Shown: piece by piece, positions 13,166-26,419 of the stretch
Layout of the letters: each line of letters begins with the position of its first letter
Position numbering within the stretch: the stretch's first letter is position 1
Assembly: GCA_950097015.1 (NCBI GenBank)
Contig: CATNEN010000039.1
Span: 6,696,001-6,760,000, forward strand
Origin: Macrostomum hystrix
Taxonomy: Eukaryota > Animalia > Platyhelminthes
Length of the DNA: 64,000 nt
Reading direction: 5' to 3'
Translations under genes and position numbers: made by a program
Notes under the pieces: model-generated
What the model was told of the DNA's origin: nothing
What the model saw: only the letters and a program-made list of their open reading frames with translations
Database searches by the model: none

Positions 13166-13559
13166 ATTTATGATATTTTATTTACGAAATGAAAAAAAAT
13201 AAATCAAAATAATCTTCAATCACTACTGGCTGAAAATTAGTCTAAATGATTTGACGCAGTGCAGAATCGAACCCTAGCCTAGCCTAACTTATTCCTAGTG
13301 CCTAACACATCGGCTATTCCGACTGTTGGTTAGTGGGTGCAGAAATCAGCCTTATAAAATGAATTCTCAAAGTTCTGGCTTTGTACAATGAAGTAAGAAA
13401 ATAGAGTACACTCAGTCTCGCGGTTGGTTGTGTACATTTATTTCCAATTTGTCTCCAGAGTGCAGGCTTCAAATTCAATCAGCTAGGGGTTGTTGCGCAA
13501 TTTGACGATGCAATTCTAATTCAGTGGCAGTGAGTGGTTTGACCTTTGAATTTGACCTT

Positions 13560-13704
13560 TGAAAAATCATGTTTTTCGAATATTTAATCCCCTTAGCAAT
13601 AAAGTTAAGCTTAATAAAAATACGTGTAAAATTGTCCCCATATTTGGCATCTTTTGGTGAAGAAATGGTGAAAATCGGTTGAGCCGTTCGGGAGAAAATC
13701 AATT

Positions 13705-13736
<32 letters not shown>

Positions 13737-14108
13737 CCAAGCATTTCATTTTTAGTATAGTGGACTAGCTGCCTTCGCTACCCTCTGGGTAGCCTCCCTG
13801 TGAGTTCTTATCAGTTCGTTATCAAAACTGGCTCTGATGCAATCATTAAAGTTGGCACTGGAGCCTCACTGTGCACAAGCTGAAAACAAGAATGCATTAG
13901 AAAAGCCTATTTAAAACAGTTTTTCGAATATTTAATCCCCTTGGCAATGGAATTAAGCTTAATAAAAATACGTGTACCGATTCCGGCCCAATTGCGATCT
14001 TTTAGTGAAAGAATTTTGAAAATCGGTTGAGCCGTTCGGGAGCTAGTCGATTGCAAACATACAAACATACAAACATACAAACAAGATTTTCATTTTTAGT
14101 ATATTAGA
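13560..14108 (+). mobile_element. Two adjacent copies of a Helentron/DINE-1-like non-autonomous element
   Basis: Duplicated block tttttcgaatatttaatcccc...gaaaatcggttgagccgttcgggag, followed by a microsatellite ((caag)n or (caaacata)n) and tttcatttttagtata. The second copy starts actagctgccttcgctaccc with a short hairpin. Confidence 0.55.
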
Positions 14109-14864
14109 ATTCAAGGTTTTGCAAGGGAGTAAACGAAATTACTTGCAATAAATCTGCTAATTTATAATATAGTTATGTAGAAACCAAAAAAATGTGAAGC
14201 AGTTTTTTACTAAAATTCTAATTCAAAATAGCTGATATGGAAGTGTATAGCATATATATATATAATGCTAATATATCTGATGATAATATATGCGTGAATT
14301 TTAGTATATTTCATTATCTTCTAGTAGATAAGGATTTAAATATATATTTAAATATTGTGTGCTTAGCTTTTAAAAGAAGTATAGTACAATCACTCACGTC
14401 ATATTAGATCTTTCAGATCTTTATACTAAATTCAATAAGAAAAACATTTTTAGGAAGATGCCCGGCATATGTTCCCTTTTGTTTTTTAAACTATTTTGAC
14501 ATTTTTTAAAATTACTTGCAGGCATGTAATTCATATACATTTTAATTTACCATGCATGGTGTGGCCCACATGGTGTGGCAAGAGTCATAAAATGCAGTCC
14601 TGATATGGCACTATGGGGCCAAGGGCCAAGCAAAAATTAATGGCTCAGTCGATGTAGTTAAAGTGGATGAATAACTATTTTTCTATTCAAATAGCACCAG
14701 GGGTAGGCCTACACCACAGTAGAACATGGGTCCTATACATGATTGAGTGTGAGTGACACTAAGATGTCATGCTGCCTATTGCAAACCATTCTGTTGCTAT
14801 CCTGTATTACTCAGTCCTTTTATCACAATCATTTTTTCTACAATTCTATAATGTCTGGCACTGT

Positions 14865-15700
14865 CACAATCCTGTAATGTACTGCCATTTTATTACAATC
14901 CTTCAATTTAGTGCCATTTTATTACAACCCTGTAATGTACTGCACTTTTATTACAATCCTGTAATGTCCTGCACATCTATTACAATCCTGTAATGTCCTA
15001 CACATTTATTACAATCCTGTAATATATTACCCTTATATTTAAATCCTGTAATGTACTGCCCTTATTTAAATCCTGTAATGTACTGCCCCTATATTTAAAT
15101 CCTGTAATGTACTGCCATTATATTTAAATCCTGTAATGTGCTGCCCCTATATTTAAATCCTGTAATGTACTGCCCTTATATTTAAATCCTGTAATGTACT
15201 GCCCCTATATTTAAATCCTGTAATGTACTGCCCTTATATTTAAATCCTGTAATGTACTGCCCCTATATTTAAATCCTGTAATGTACTGCCCTTATATTTA
15301 AATCCTGTAATGTACTGCCCTTATATTTAAATCCTGTAATGTACTGCCCCTATATTTAAATCCTGTAATGTACTGCCCTTATATTTAAATCCTGTAATGT
15401 ACTGCCCTTATATTTAAATCCTGTAATGTACTGCCCCTATATTTTAAATCCTGTAATGTACTGCCCTTATATTTAAATCCTGTAATGTACTGCCCCTATA
15501 TTTAAATCCTGTAATGTACTGCCTTTATATTTAAATCATATAATGTCCTGCATTTTTATTAGAATCCTGTAATGTATTTTACTACAATCCTGTAATGCCC
15601 TGCACTTTTACTACAATCATTTAAATTCCTGGACTTTTACTACAATCCTGTAATGTTCTGCACTTTTTCTACGAAGGACATAATATTTCGTTACAATCCT
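14865..15700. repeat. 29-bp minisatellite (tttaaatcctgtaatgtactgcccttata) with degenerate edges
   Basis: Direct inspection. Confidence 0.95.
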
Positions 15701-16455
15701 GATTAGTAATTACTATTTTACAATCTAGTAATTTAATTACCATCTTATTTATTCCACAATCCTGTCATGCTCTGCCCTTTATACAGTTCGCTTTTCTTCC
15801 TAGAAATATATTTGTACAATTTGCATAATTTTTTAGTTAAAAATCGATAACAAATTAGCGTGGGTGTCAGTTTTGTATCAGTTTCTTATCATGCTGTGAA
15901 ACTATTAGTGCAGCTGTTTCTGCTCGCCAACGCTTTATTATTCTGTCAAGTGGGTGTGTGATTGCTCATATCTGGTGTTAATGTTTTAGCATTTGCGCAG
16001 TTAGTTAAGCTCACAATGCGCGTGCTCACCTGGCCAATGCCGTGCATTTGTGACGTGAGCCGTTATCCATACAGAGTCATGAGCAATTTTTCTTCCCTTC
16101 AGCTCTAGCTAAAGACTGTCTGCTCTGCCATGTGAAAAGAAGCCTAGGCCTATGCTTGCTTTGCCCAGTTAGGCTGTTGACTTTGTTGACACTAGCTGCG
16201 CACACAGATTGAATTTAGATTGGTCTCCTAGCAGGGCTTGTTACGATATTCAAGTTAGGCACTTTTAATTCCTTTGGTTATTAAACCTAGTCAAAAAATT
16301 CTACTCTACTACTTAGTAAAATACTTCACTATGCAATGGACATTTCCAGGCTGTTTATACTGGCTCTATACTACTACTAGTCCGACCTCTAGTGAGTAGT
16401 GTACTCGAGCAAAGACACTGAAAAAGCAACACCTACGCGTGCCCTATTAGCAACA

Positions 16456-19400
16456 ATGGGCTGCTTTGAGAAGCTGCTCACATTTTCGGGCTTGAAGAGG
16501 CCAGTGCTGAGCGAATTTCGCACAATATTTGTGAATCACAAGCCGCTTGGCTCAACTGGCGACGGGCCGCCGCAGGAAGAGAAATATCCGTCCAATTGCA
16601 TCATCACCTCGCGCTATACAGTGCTCACCTTCCCAGTGAAGAATCTGCTGGAGCAGTTTAGCAGGGTGGCCAATTTCTACTTTCTCATTGTGGCCGTCAT
16701 TCAGCTTGTGATTGACACGCCTGTGAGTGTTTGGCTTTGACTGACAGGCTGGGATTTTAGATAGGGTTGTAGGTGGGATTTTAGCTTGGGTTGTAGCTGG
16801 GATTTTAGCTAGGAGGTGGGATTTTAGCTTGGGTTGTAGCTGGGATTTTAGCTAGTGTTGTAGGTGGGATTTTAGCTAGGGTTGTAGGTGGGATTTTAGC
16901 TAGGGTTGTAGCTGGGATTTTAGCTAGGGTTGTAGGTGGGATTTTAGCTTGGGTTGTAGGTGGGATAGCATGGGTTTTAGGTGAGATTTTAGCTAGGATT
17001 TTAGGTGGGATTGCATGGAGTGTAGGTGGGATTGTAAGGAGTGTAGGTGGGATTGTAAGGAGTGTAGGTGGGATTGTAAGGAGTGTAGGTGGGATTGTAA
17101 GGAGTGTAGGTGGGATTGTAAGGAGTGCAGGTTGGATTGTAAGGAGTGTAGGTGGGATTGTAAGGAGTGTAGGTGGTATTGTAAGGAGTGCAGGTTGGAT
17201 TGCAAGGATTTATAGGTGTGTTGCTAGACAATTAAGATTTGGATCGGCAGGATACCAGATAGCCAGATCTGTGGCGGCTATTCTCAGGTTTTCGAGGCTT
17301 TCTCTTTGTGAATGCAGGTATAATTAGACTTAATTCTGTTTAACATTCTTAGGTTAGCCCAGCCACTTCCATTCTGCCGTTAGCCTTCGTGCTTGGCGTC
17401 ACAGCCATCAAGCAGGCCTACGAGGATCTTCTTCGACATCGAGCCGATGATCGAGTCAACAATACGCCCGTTCAAGTCATTGCCAATGACGCCATGTCGC
17501 GGATTAAGGCGCGCGACATTCGCGTCGGCGACATTGTCCGGGTGCACAATAATGAGAGCTTCCCATGCGACCTCATCCTGTTGTCATCCAGCGAGGATTC
17601 CGGCGAGTGCAGCATCACCACCGCCAACCTGGACGGCGAGACCAATCTCAAGACGGTGGGTCACTGGAATGTTCTTATTTGGGATTAGGATTAGCTAATT
17701 AATCTGAGAAGCGAAATCAATTTGAAAAATTAGGAGTTAATGAATGGATTGTATAGTTTAGATACGTTTTCTTTGGACTAATCATAATAGTAATATATGC
17801 AGGAGGGCTGCGGGCAATGGCACATCATTTGGTGACACCAGGCCCGCAGCCAGCGAGGAGGCAATTCTGCTCATTTCACTGACTCCTGAGCACACAAATA
17901 CATATACTGTACACAGGCACACACTCCACATACAGGATTTGTCAGGCAGGCCCTCAAGGGCGTAATTTTGCGCGACAAGCCACCAAGCCTTCCGTCCGCG
18001 TCTGCGTCCCAAATCAATATGGTCTCGCCGCGGAATCGAGCTCAGGGACCTTGGTGCCGAGGGGCAAATGCATTAGACCACTCGGCCACTCACCACGTCG
18101 ATTAGGAAATCCCTATTAATCCCTCGTTATTCAGCGGTTAGGGATTAACTCCTAAGAATTAGCGGTTGACTTCATAGAGTTAGGATTATAGTTAGGCTGT
18201 TAGATATTATAATTCGGAGATTAGGCGTTAGAATTCGTAGATTAGAGATTGGCATTAAGAAATTTGAGTTTTTTTAATTAAGCGTTAAAGCTATGCATCT
18301 ATCACATCACTTGATGAAAAGCGTTAGGCCGTATTTTTCACCTACCGAGCTCATTTCCCCCCTGCTCACAGGTGTACTCAGTTGATGAGACCAAACGCTT
18401 GCAGTCTGTTGAAAGCATTAGTCGACAATTGCGAGCGAAAATTCAATGCGAGCAGCCAACGCCGGATCTTTACAAATTCAAAGGCAACCTGCTGCTGAGG
18501 CGACAGCGGCGCAATGAGAAACCTGAGAAGGTGCCGTTGAGTGCTAAAAATATGCTGCTGCGCGGCGCTGTGCTCAGAAATACTGATTTTGTCTTCGGTG
18601 TGGCTATCTACACTGGGCAGGTGGGTTTGAGCCGAGTTTGATATGGGGTTTGTTGCTGTCAGTTCAATTGCGATTGACAGGTTCTTACCTGTGATAAATA
18701 GGTTCTCACCTGTAATAAATAGGTTCTCACCTGTGATAAATAGGTTCTCACCTGTGATAAATAGGTTCTCACCTGTGATAAATAGGTTCTCACCTGTGAT
18801 AAATAGGTTCTCACCTGTGATAAATAGGTTCTCACCTGGGATAAATAGGTTCTCACCTGTAATAAATAGGTTCTCACCTGTGATAAATAGATTGTCACCT
18901 GGGATAAATAGGTTCTCACCTGTGATAAATATAAATAGGTTCTCACCTGTGATAAATAGGTTCTTACCTGTTATAAATTGATTGTCACCTGTGATAAATA
19001 GGTTCTCACCTGTGATAAACTGGTTCTCACCTGTGATAAATAGGTTCTCACCTGTGATAAATAGGTTCTCACCTGTAATAAATAGGTTCTCACCTGTGAT
19101 AAACAGGTTCTCACCTGTAATAAACAGGTTCTCACCTGTGATAAATAGGTTCTTACCTGTGATAAATTGACTGTCACCTGTGATGAACAGGTTCTCATCT
19201 GTATTAAGTTCTCACCTGTGATAAATACGTTCTCAGCTGTGATAAAGTAAGTTCTCACCTGTATTAAATAGTGATAATTAATTATAAAAAGCTGCATTCC
19301 AATATAAATAAACTCTCGCAGGAGACCAAAATGCAGTTAAATTCTCAGCGCGGTCGTTCCAAAAAGTCGGTAGTGGAAAAACGCCTGGACAGATTTCTGC

Positions 19401-22400
19401 TGTGCTTCATGGTATTCCTGCTAGTCGAGTCAGCTTTCTGCACCGCTATGAAGTGGATTTACGCCAGCGTTGATCCCGGCATCATTCACGCCTGGTACCT
19501 GCCGCCTGAGCCTGCTCAAGCATGGCGCATTGTGCAGGACTTTCTTGGCTTTCTAGTTCTTTTCAATTACCTAATTCCGATATCGCTATACGTTACTATA
19601 GAGTTGCAAAAATTTCTCGGTTCGATGTTCTTCGAATATGACCTTGAAATGTACTATGAAGATCCGGAAACTGGGGAGAAATTCCGGGCGAAAGCCAACA
19701 CTTCGGATTTAAACGAGGAGCTTGGCCAGGTGCAGTACCTGTTCTCTGACAAGACTGGCACTCTAACTGAGAATCGGATGACATTTCGCTTGTGCTCCAT
19801 CGGCGGCAGCACCTACTGCGACATTGACGGACAGCTGTGGCTAACTGAGGATGGAGCTGCTACTCAGCAGTGCCAACAGTTGAGCAGCGCTGAGCTCAAA
19901 TTCTTCACAGTCTTGGCTCTATGCCACACTGTTAGGGTTGAACGGCCGAAGTCATTTGGCCGGCCGGATAAACAGCAGCAGCAGCAAGTGTTTACTGTGG
20001 AGGCAGCCGCTGATTATGTCTATCAGGTAGGCGGTATTAATCATTTAGTAATTTCAGTAGACCCGCAGCCAGCGAGGAGGCAATTCTGCCCATTTCGCTG
20101 ACTCCTGAGCAAACGCTCACACATGTCTACATCTGCCCTGAATTTCTCATCGTCAGGCAGTGTACACTTTCACTGTGCCTCCGGGACCTTGGTGCAAGAG
20201 GCAAACACGTTAGACCGCTCTGCTACTCACCCTCCTTAGCAACAGCTTAGCAACCGGACATATTTGTATCTTAAGTAGGTGTAGCCAACGGTAATCTCAT
20301 AGCAACCGCGAAGCAACATGAAATTTCGGTGCGTTAATACTAGGATAGCCTTCAGAAGTTACGTAGCAACCATATAAAAGTCTCATAGCAACCCGGAAAT
20401 ATAATGATTAGAATAATTTCCCGCAACCATTAACTAGTCCACAAAAAGGTTTTTAAAAATCGTAGCGCAACTTAACAATCTGTACAGGCCAGCTCCCCAG
20501 ATGAGAAAGCGTTCGTTGAGGCGGCTAGAAACTACGGAGTGACATTTCACGGCACCGAGCTGGGCATCAGCAGCGTCACTGTGCCCGACGGTCGGGGCGG
20601 CTTCGAACTGCAGCAGTATCGCGTGCTTCAGGTGAGCTGTGGTTCGAATCCCGGGATTCAAGGGATTAAAGATTCTGATTGCTGGATAAACACGAGTACT
20701 CACTGTACTGATGTTTGAGCTCCTAGAAAGATTAAGCGGCTAATTTTACCACCCGTTGAAAAGTTTTCTCTCCCAAAAAATCAGCAAAATTATGCCCAAT
20801 TTTTTGGCAAATTATGCAAATTTTGTTGCAAATTATCCCTAAAATGTTTACTAATTATCCCCTTTCTTAATCGCCTCATTTTAGCAAATTTCCCATTTTT
20901 TGGCAGAAAATCTTATCAAATTAGATAATTATCCCATTTTTTCGCAAATTTTCCTCTAATTTTGGCATACTATCCGCTTTAGCTTCGCATCAATCCCTTA
21001 ATATTCGCAAAAATCCCAATCCCCAATTCCAAATCCCATGTTCGCAAAGTATCCCATTCCCATCAGTTTTTTTATTATCCAATCATTTTCGCAATTTTCT
21101 GCTTTCAGTTTCGCAAATTATCCCATCTTGATTTTGTTTTATTAATTAATCCATTCGGCAAATTATTCCTCCAATTAGCAAAGTATCCCGCCTATTGGTA
21201 GCTCATTCTCAAGGTGCATGTAAATTATCTCTCGCCTTCAATTGATATCCCATACTTCCATCACCAACCAATCATGGACCGCCAGGTGTTGGAATTCGAC
21301 TCGGACCGCAAATGCATGTCGGTGATTCTCCAGCGACTGTCCAACGGCAGCTACTGGCTATTGACGAAAGGCGCCGAGACTTCCATGCTGGAGAAGTGCA
21401 CCCACGGCGATCGGGACGCCATCGTTAAGCACTCCGCCGACTTTGCCGTTGAAGGCCTTCGCGTACTTGTTATCGCCTGCAAGGAGCTGCCCCAGGACCT
21501 CTACCAGCGCATGGCCTCTCAGCTGATGGCAGCCAACCAGGATGTCGCCAATAGGGAGGCCCGCACTGTGGAGGCCTACAAGGCTGTGGAACGGGATCTG
21601 GAAGCCCTCGGCCTCACCGCTATTGAAGACGAACTGCAGACTGGCGTCAGGGAGACCATCACCGATCTGCGAGCTGCTGGCATTCAGGTACTGTGCCCGA
21701 CCCATCCCTGTCCTGACCTGACCAATCACGCCTGTCCTGACCCATCCGGACATTTCCTGACCCATCATGACTTGTGCTGAACCATCCTACCTGCCCTGAC
21801 CCACTCCTACCTGTCCTAACCCATCCCAACCCGTGCCTGACCCATCCCGACCTGTCCAGACCCATCCCGACCTGTCCTGACCCATGCCGACCTGTCCTGA
21901 CTAATCACGACCTGTCCTGACCCATCCTGACATTTCCTGACCCATCATGACTTGTGCTGATCCATCCTACCTGTCCTGACCCGTCCCGATCAGTCCTGAC
22001 CAACTCCGACCTGTCCTGATCCATCCCGACCAGTCCTGACCCGTCCCAATCAGTCCTGACCAACTCCGACCTGTCCTGATCCATCCCGACCTGTCCTGAC
22101 CTATCGCACCTGTATTGACCCATCGCAGCTGTACTGACCCATCCCATCTGTCTTGACCCATCCCGACCTGTCCTGACCCATCCCGACCTGTCCTGACCCA
22201 TCGCGACCGTCCTGACTCATCCCGACCTGTCCTGACCCATCCCGACCTGTCCTGATCCATCCCGACCAGTCCTGACCCGTCCCGATCAGTCCTGACCAAC
22301 TCCGACCTGTCCTGATCCATCCCGACCTGTCCTGACCCATCGCACCTGTATTGACCCATCGCACCTGTACTGACCCATCCCATCTGTCTTGACCTATCCC

Positions 22401-25400
22401 ACCTGTCCTGACCCATCCCACCTGTCCTAACCCATCCCGACCTGTCCTGACACATCCCGACCTGTCCTGACCCATCGCGACCGTCCTGACTCATCCCGAC
22501 CTGTCCTGACCCATCCCGACTTGTCCTGATCCATCCCGACCTGTCCTGACCAATATCCCGACCTGTCCTGACCCATCCCACCTGTCCTGACCCATTCCGA
22601 CCTGTCCTGACCCATCCTGACGTGTCCTGACCCATCGCGACCTGTCCTGACTCATCCCGACCTGTCCTGATCCATCCCGACCTGTCTTGACCCGTCCCGA
22701 TCAGTCCTGACCCATCCCATCCTGTCCTGACCCATCCCATCCTGTCCTGACCTATCTCAACCTGCTCCGTATATGCCTGACGTCTAGCCTGATTTAACCC
22801 ATCTAGGTGTGGATCCTGACGGGCGACAAGCGAGAAACCGCCGAGAACATTAGCCTGTCTGCCGGCCATTTTGACGACACAATGCAGCGAATTCGCATTG
22901 TGGAGCAGCAGTCGCAGGCCGGCTGCCTAGCCGAGGTTCGTCGCGGTCGCGAAGAGATCTCGGCTGGCGGCGGCTTCGGCTACCAGCAGGCCGGGCGCCG
23001 CTACTGCCTGGTTGTTGATGGCCAGTCATTGCAGTTTTTAGTCGCCGAGAATAGCGTTGAACTCAAGGCTGAGTTTTTGGGCCTCTGCCAGCTGACAGCT
23101 GCTGTGCTCTGCTGCCGTTGCACGCCGTTGCAGAAGGCGCGAGTGGTTGCCATGGTGAGAGCTTTTTCCCTTAAATGAGAGCTTAATATGACCTACCGGG
23201 TACAGTTATGACCTACTTGGGTTCAGTTATGACCTACTAGGTTCAGTTATGACCTACTAGGTTCAGTTATGACCTACTAGGTTCAGTTATGACCTACTAG
23301 GTTCAGTTATGACCTATCGGGTTCAGTTATGACCTACTAGGTTCAGTTATGACCTATCGGGTTCAGTTATGACCTACTGGTTTCAGTTATGACCTACTGG
23401 GTTCAGTTATGACCTACTAGGTTCAGTTATGACCTACTGGGTTCAGTTATGACCTACTAGGTTCAGTTATGACCTACTGGGTTCAGTTATGACCTACTAG
23501 GTTCAGTTATGACCTACTGGTTTCAGTTATGACCTACTGGGTTCAGTTATGACCTATCGGGTTCAGTTATGACCTATCGGGTTCAGTTATGACCTACTGC
23601 CATCCCCAGGTGCGCAACGGTATCGAGCCCAAGCCAGTGACTTGCGCAATCGGCGACGGCGCCAACGACGTGTCGATGATTCGCGAGGCGCACGTGGGCG
23701 TCGGCCTGTACGGCAAGGAGGGCCGCGCCGCAGCACTCAACTCCGACTACGCCTTTGCCAGGTTCCAGTTTCTAAGAAAGGCGCTGCTATTCCACGGCCA
23801 CCTGTACTATGTCAGGCTGGCTACCCTGGTGCAGTATTTCTTTTATAAGAACGTGGCCTTCATCACGGCCGAATTGTTCTACGCCTTTCATTCCGGCTTT
23901 AGTGCCCAGTCGCTCTATGATACAATCTATTTGACAATCTACAACATGACCATGACCTCACTGCCTGTACTGCTCTATGGCATATTTGAGCAGCACATTC
24001 ACCGGTATCGCCTGTATCAGGAGCCTGAGTTGTACACTAAAATAGCATCGAATCGGTTGCTATGGTGGCGAGATCTGCTGCTCTGGTGCGCCCTTGGTCT
24101 ATGGCATTCGATCTGTTGTCACTACGGAGTTGTTGCCGCCATGGCCGTGAACGATCAGGTTGGTCCACGTTTAGTATCTGCAACTATAACTATGTAGGAC
24201 AGTAGCAAAAGTAGCGAATTCAGTGGAATGCAAGTAACGAATAAATTGAGCAATGTTTTAATGGCTCAGTGGGCTCGGATTCAGTGAGAAATGTGAATTC
24301 GGATGCGGGGTAAAACTTGTAAAAGTAAAAAATGCAATGCAATATTGATATCTATTTCAAAGGTATATAAATAACAGATAATAACAAATTAGTACGAGAT
24401 AATTAACATATTTATTGCGAGATGAGTAACGAAATCGTTTCCAAAAAGTAACGTGTCTAATATTAGAGTGATAGTAGGATACTCGTACAAAAGTAACGAA
24501 CTCAATTTTTTAGTAACAACTATTTAAAAATTCTAGTAGCAATTTAAAAAAGTAACGGATTATAATGTTTGTAAGTAACGAAGTTATAATAAAAGTAACG
24601 AAATCTTAGGTATTTTTAAGTAACATCTTTAGAAATATAAATGAAAATAATTAATGACTGATTACTCCTGCCCCCAATTGGGTCAGATGTGCAGCCGACT
24701 GCACAGCCGCAGCTATTGCGCGGCGCATCTGAAGGCTGCGTACGGCTGTTCAGTCCACGGACTGGGGGGACGCCACACCCACCCTCAATTACCCCAGCTT
24801 AGTGCTGGTACCAATTTAACAGCTGGGTGAACTGCAGCAATGCACAGTTAGGTGCCTTGCTAAACCTCACAAGTTGATCAAGTGGATTCGAGAATCGAAC
24901 CCCCCGATCTTCAAGTCGTGAATCCAACGCCCTAAACACTAGGCTAAACCCTCCTAGGCTACGACCTTCAGAAGTAACGAAAAAAATAACGGATTGAGCG
25001 GGGACAAAGACTAATAAATTTTGTCTCCACCGTCGCGCAGATCAGCGCCAACGCCTCCTACAGCTATGGCGTATTCGAATTCGGCGCTGTGGTGGTGCAG
25101 TGCGTGATGGTGTGCGTGACCCTTCGCCTCGTGCTGGTCACCTACAGCATCAACATGCCCACACTCATCGGCCTGGCCGTGACAGTCCTGGGCTTCATTC
25201 TAGTCATGTCCGTCTACACTGTCATTCGCCAGCAGAAACTATTCGGCGCCAACGAATTCTTTCTGTGGGTCTATTTCGATGTCAACAGCCAGCCTGCCAC
25301 CTGGCTGCTCATGCTGGCGCTGACTGCCGTGTCTCTGACGCCGGACCTGCTGCTTAAGTGTCTGCACGATTCTAGAACCGCGGCCAGCATGCGGGAGCAG

Positions 25401-26383
25401 CAGGTGCCGGATCCTGCGACAGCCGGGCCGGTGAGAATGCGGCTCCTCTGTTTTTTCCCAAATGCTCCCAAGTCCCTAAGAGGAGATAACGGAGACTTGG
25501 AAAATCTTTCGGGAAAATTTACGTGATTCAAAGGGCTTTGTAACAGTTTTAACTGGGCTTCGGGCTTCTGGCTGAAAGGTCTGGAATTTGAATCTCAGAC
25601 AAGGAGGTCTGGAGTTCGAATTTCAGCCTGGAGGTCTGGAGTTTGAATCTCTGCCCAGGAGGTCTGGAGTTCGAACCTCAGCCCCCGAGGTCTGAAGTTC
25701 GAACCTCAGCCCTGGGGTCTGGAGTTCGAGTCTCAGACCTGATTGTTTGTAGTTTAAATCTCACAGATGGAGGTCTAGAGTTCGAATTTCTAAAGTTAGG
25801 ATCATAGAAGTTATTGCATGATTTCTATCTATTTGCAGTATTTTGCTTTACTTTTCATTATTTATAACCTGATTTATCCTGTATTCTCCCAATTCTTTAA
25901 TCCCATTTCCTCTCCTTACATTTATCCCAATATCCTCTCGCTTCTCTCAGCTAACAGTCTTGAATTTCCAGTGCGAGCAGTCTTAGCATTGTAGCAATAA
26001 TCCGGATTGTGTTTCTTATGCCCGCTTTTCAGCATCTATTTAATAGGCGCTCCCAAACTGACGCCGAGTCCACAATGCAAGGTATTGGATGTTAATGCTA
26101 TATGATCAAAATCAGATCTCTCAGATAGATAACAATTGAATTTTAACCCGTTCTTGGCTAGCTGGTATTCTTTGCCACCAAGACAACTGATATAAATTGT
26201 TACTAACAGCTGCAGCAGTTTTTAATCTACTTTTTTAACTCGCAAAGGGAGTACTGTAATGCTGTACACTAGGTTATTTACCTGTGTAACCTGTGTGTTT
26301 TTTACAAATAATCAACAATTCTTATAGATGTTAAAAGACAGACAGATGTTTTTTGTTTGTTAACTTTTATTTGACTCACACTA

Positions 26384-26419
<36 letters not shown>

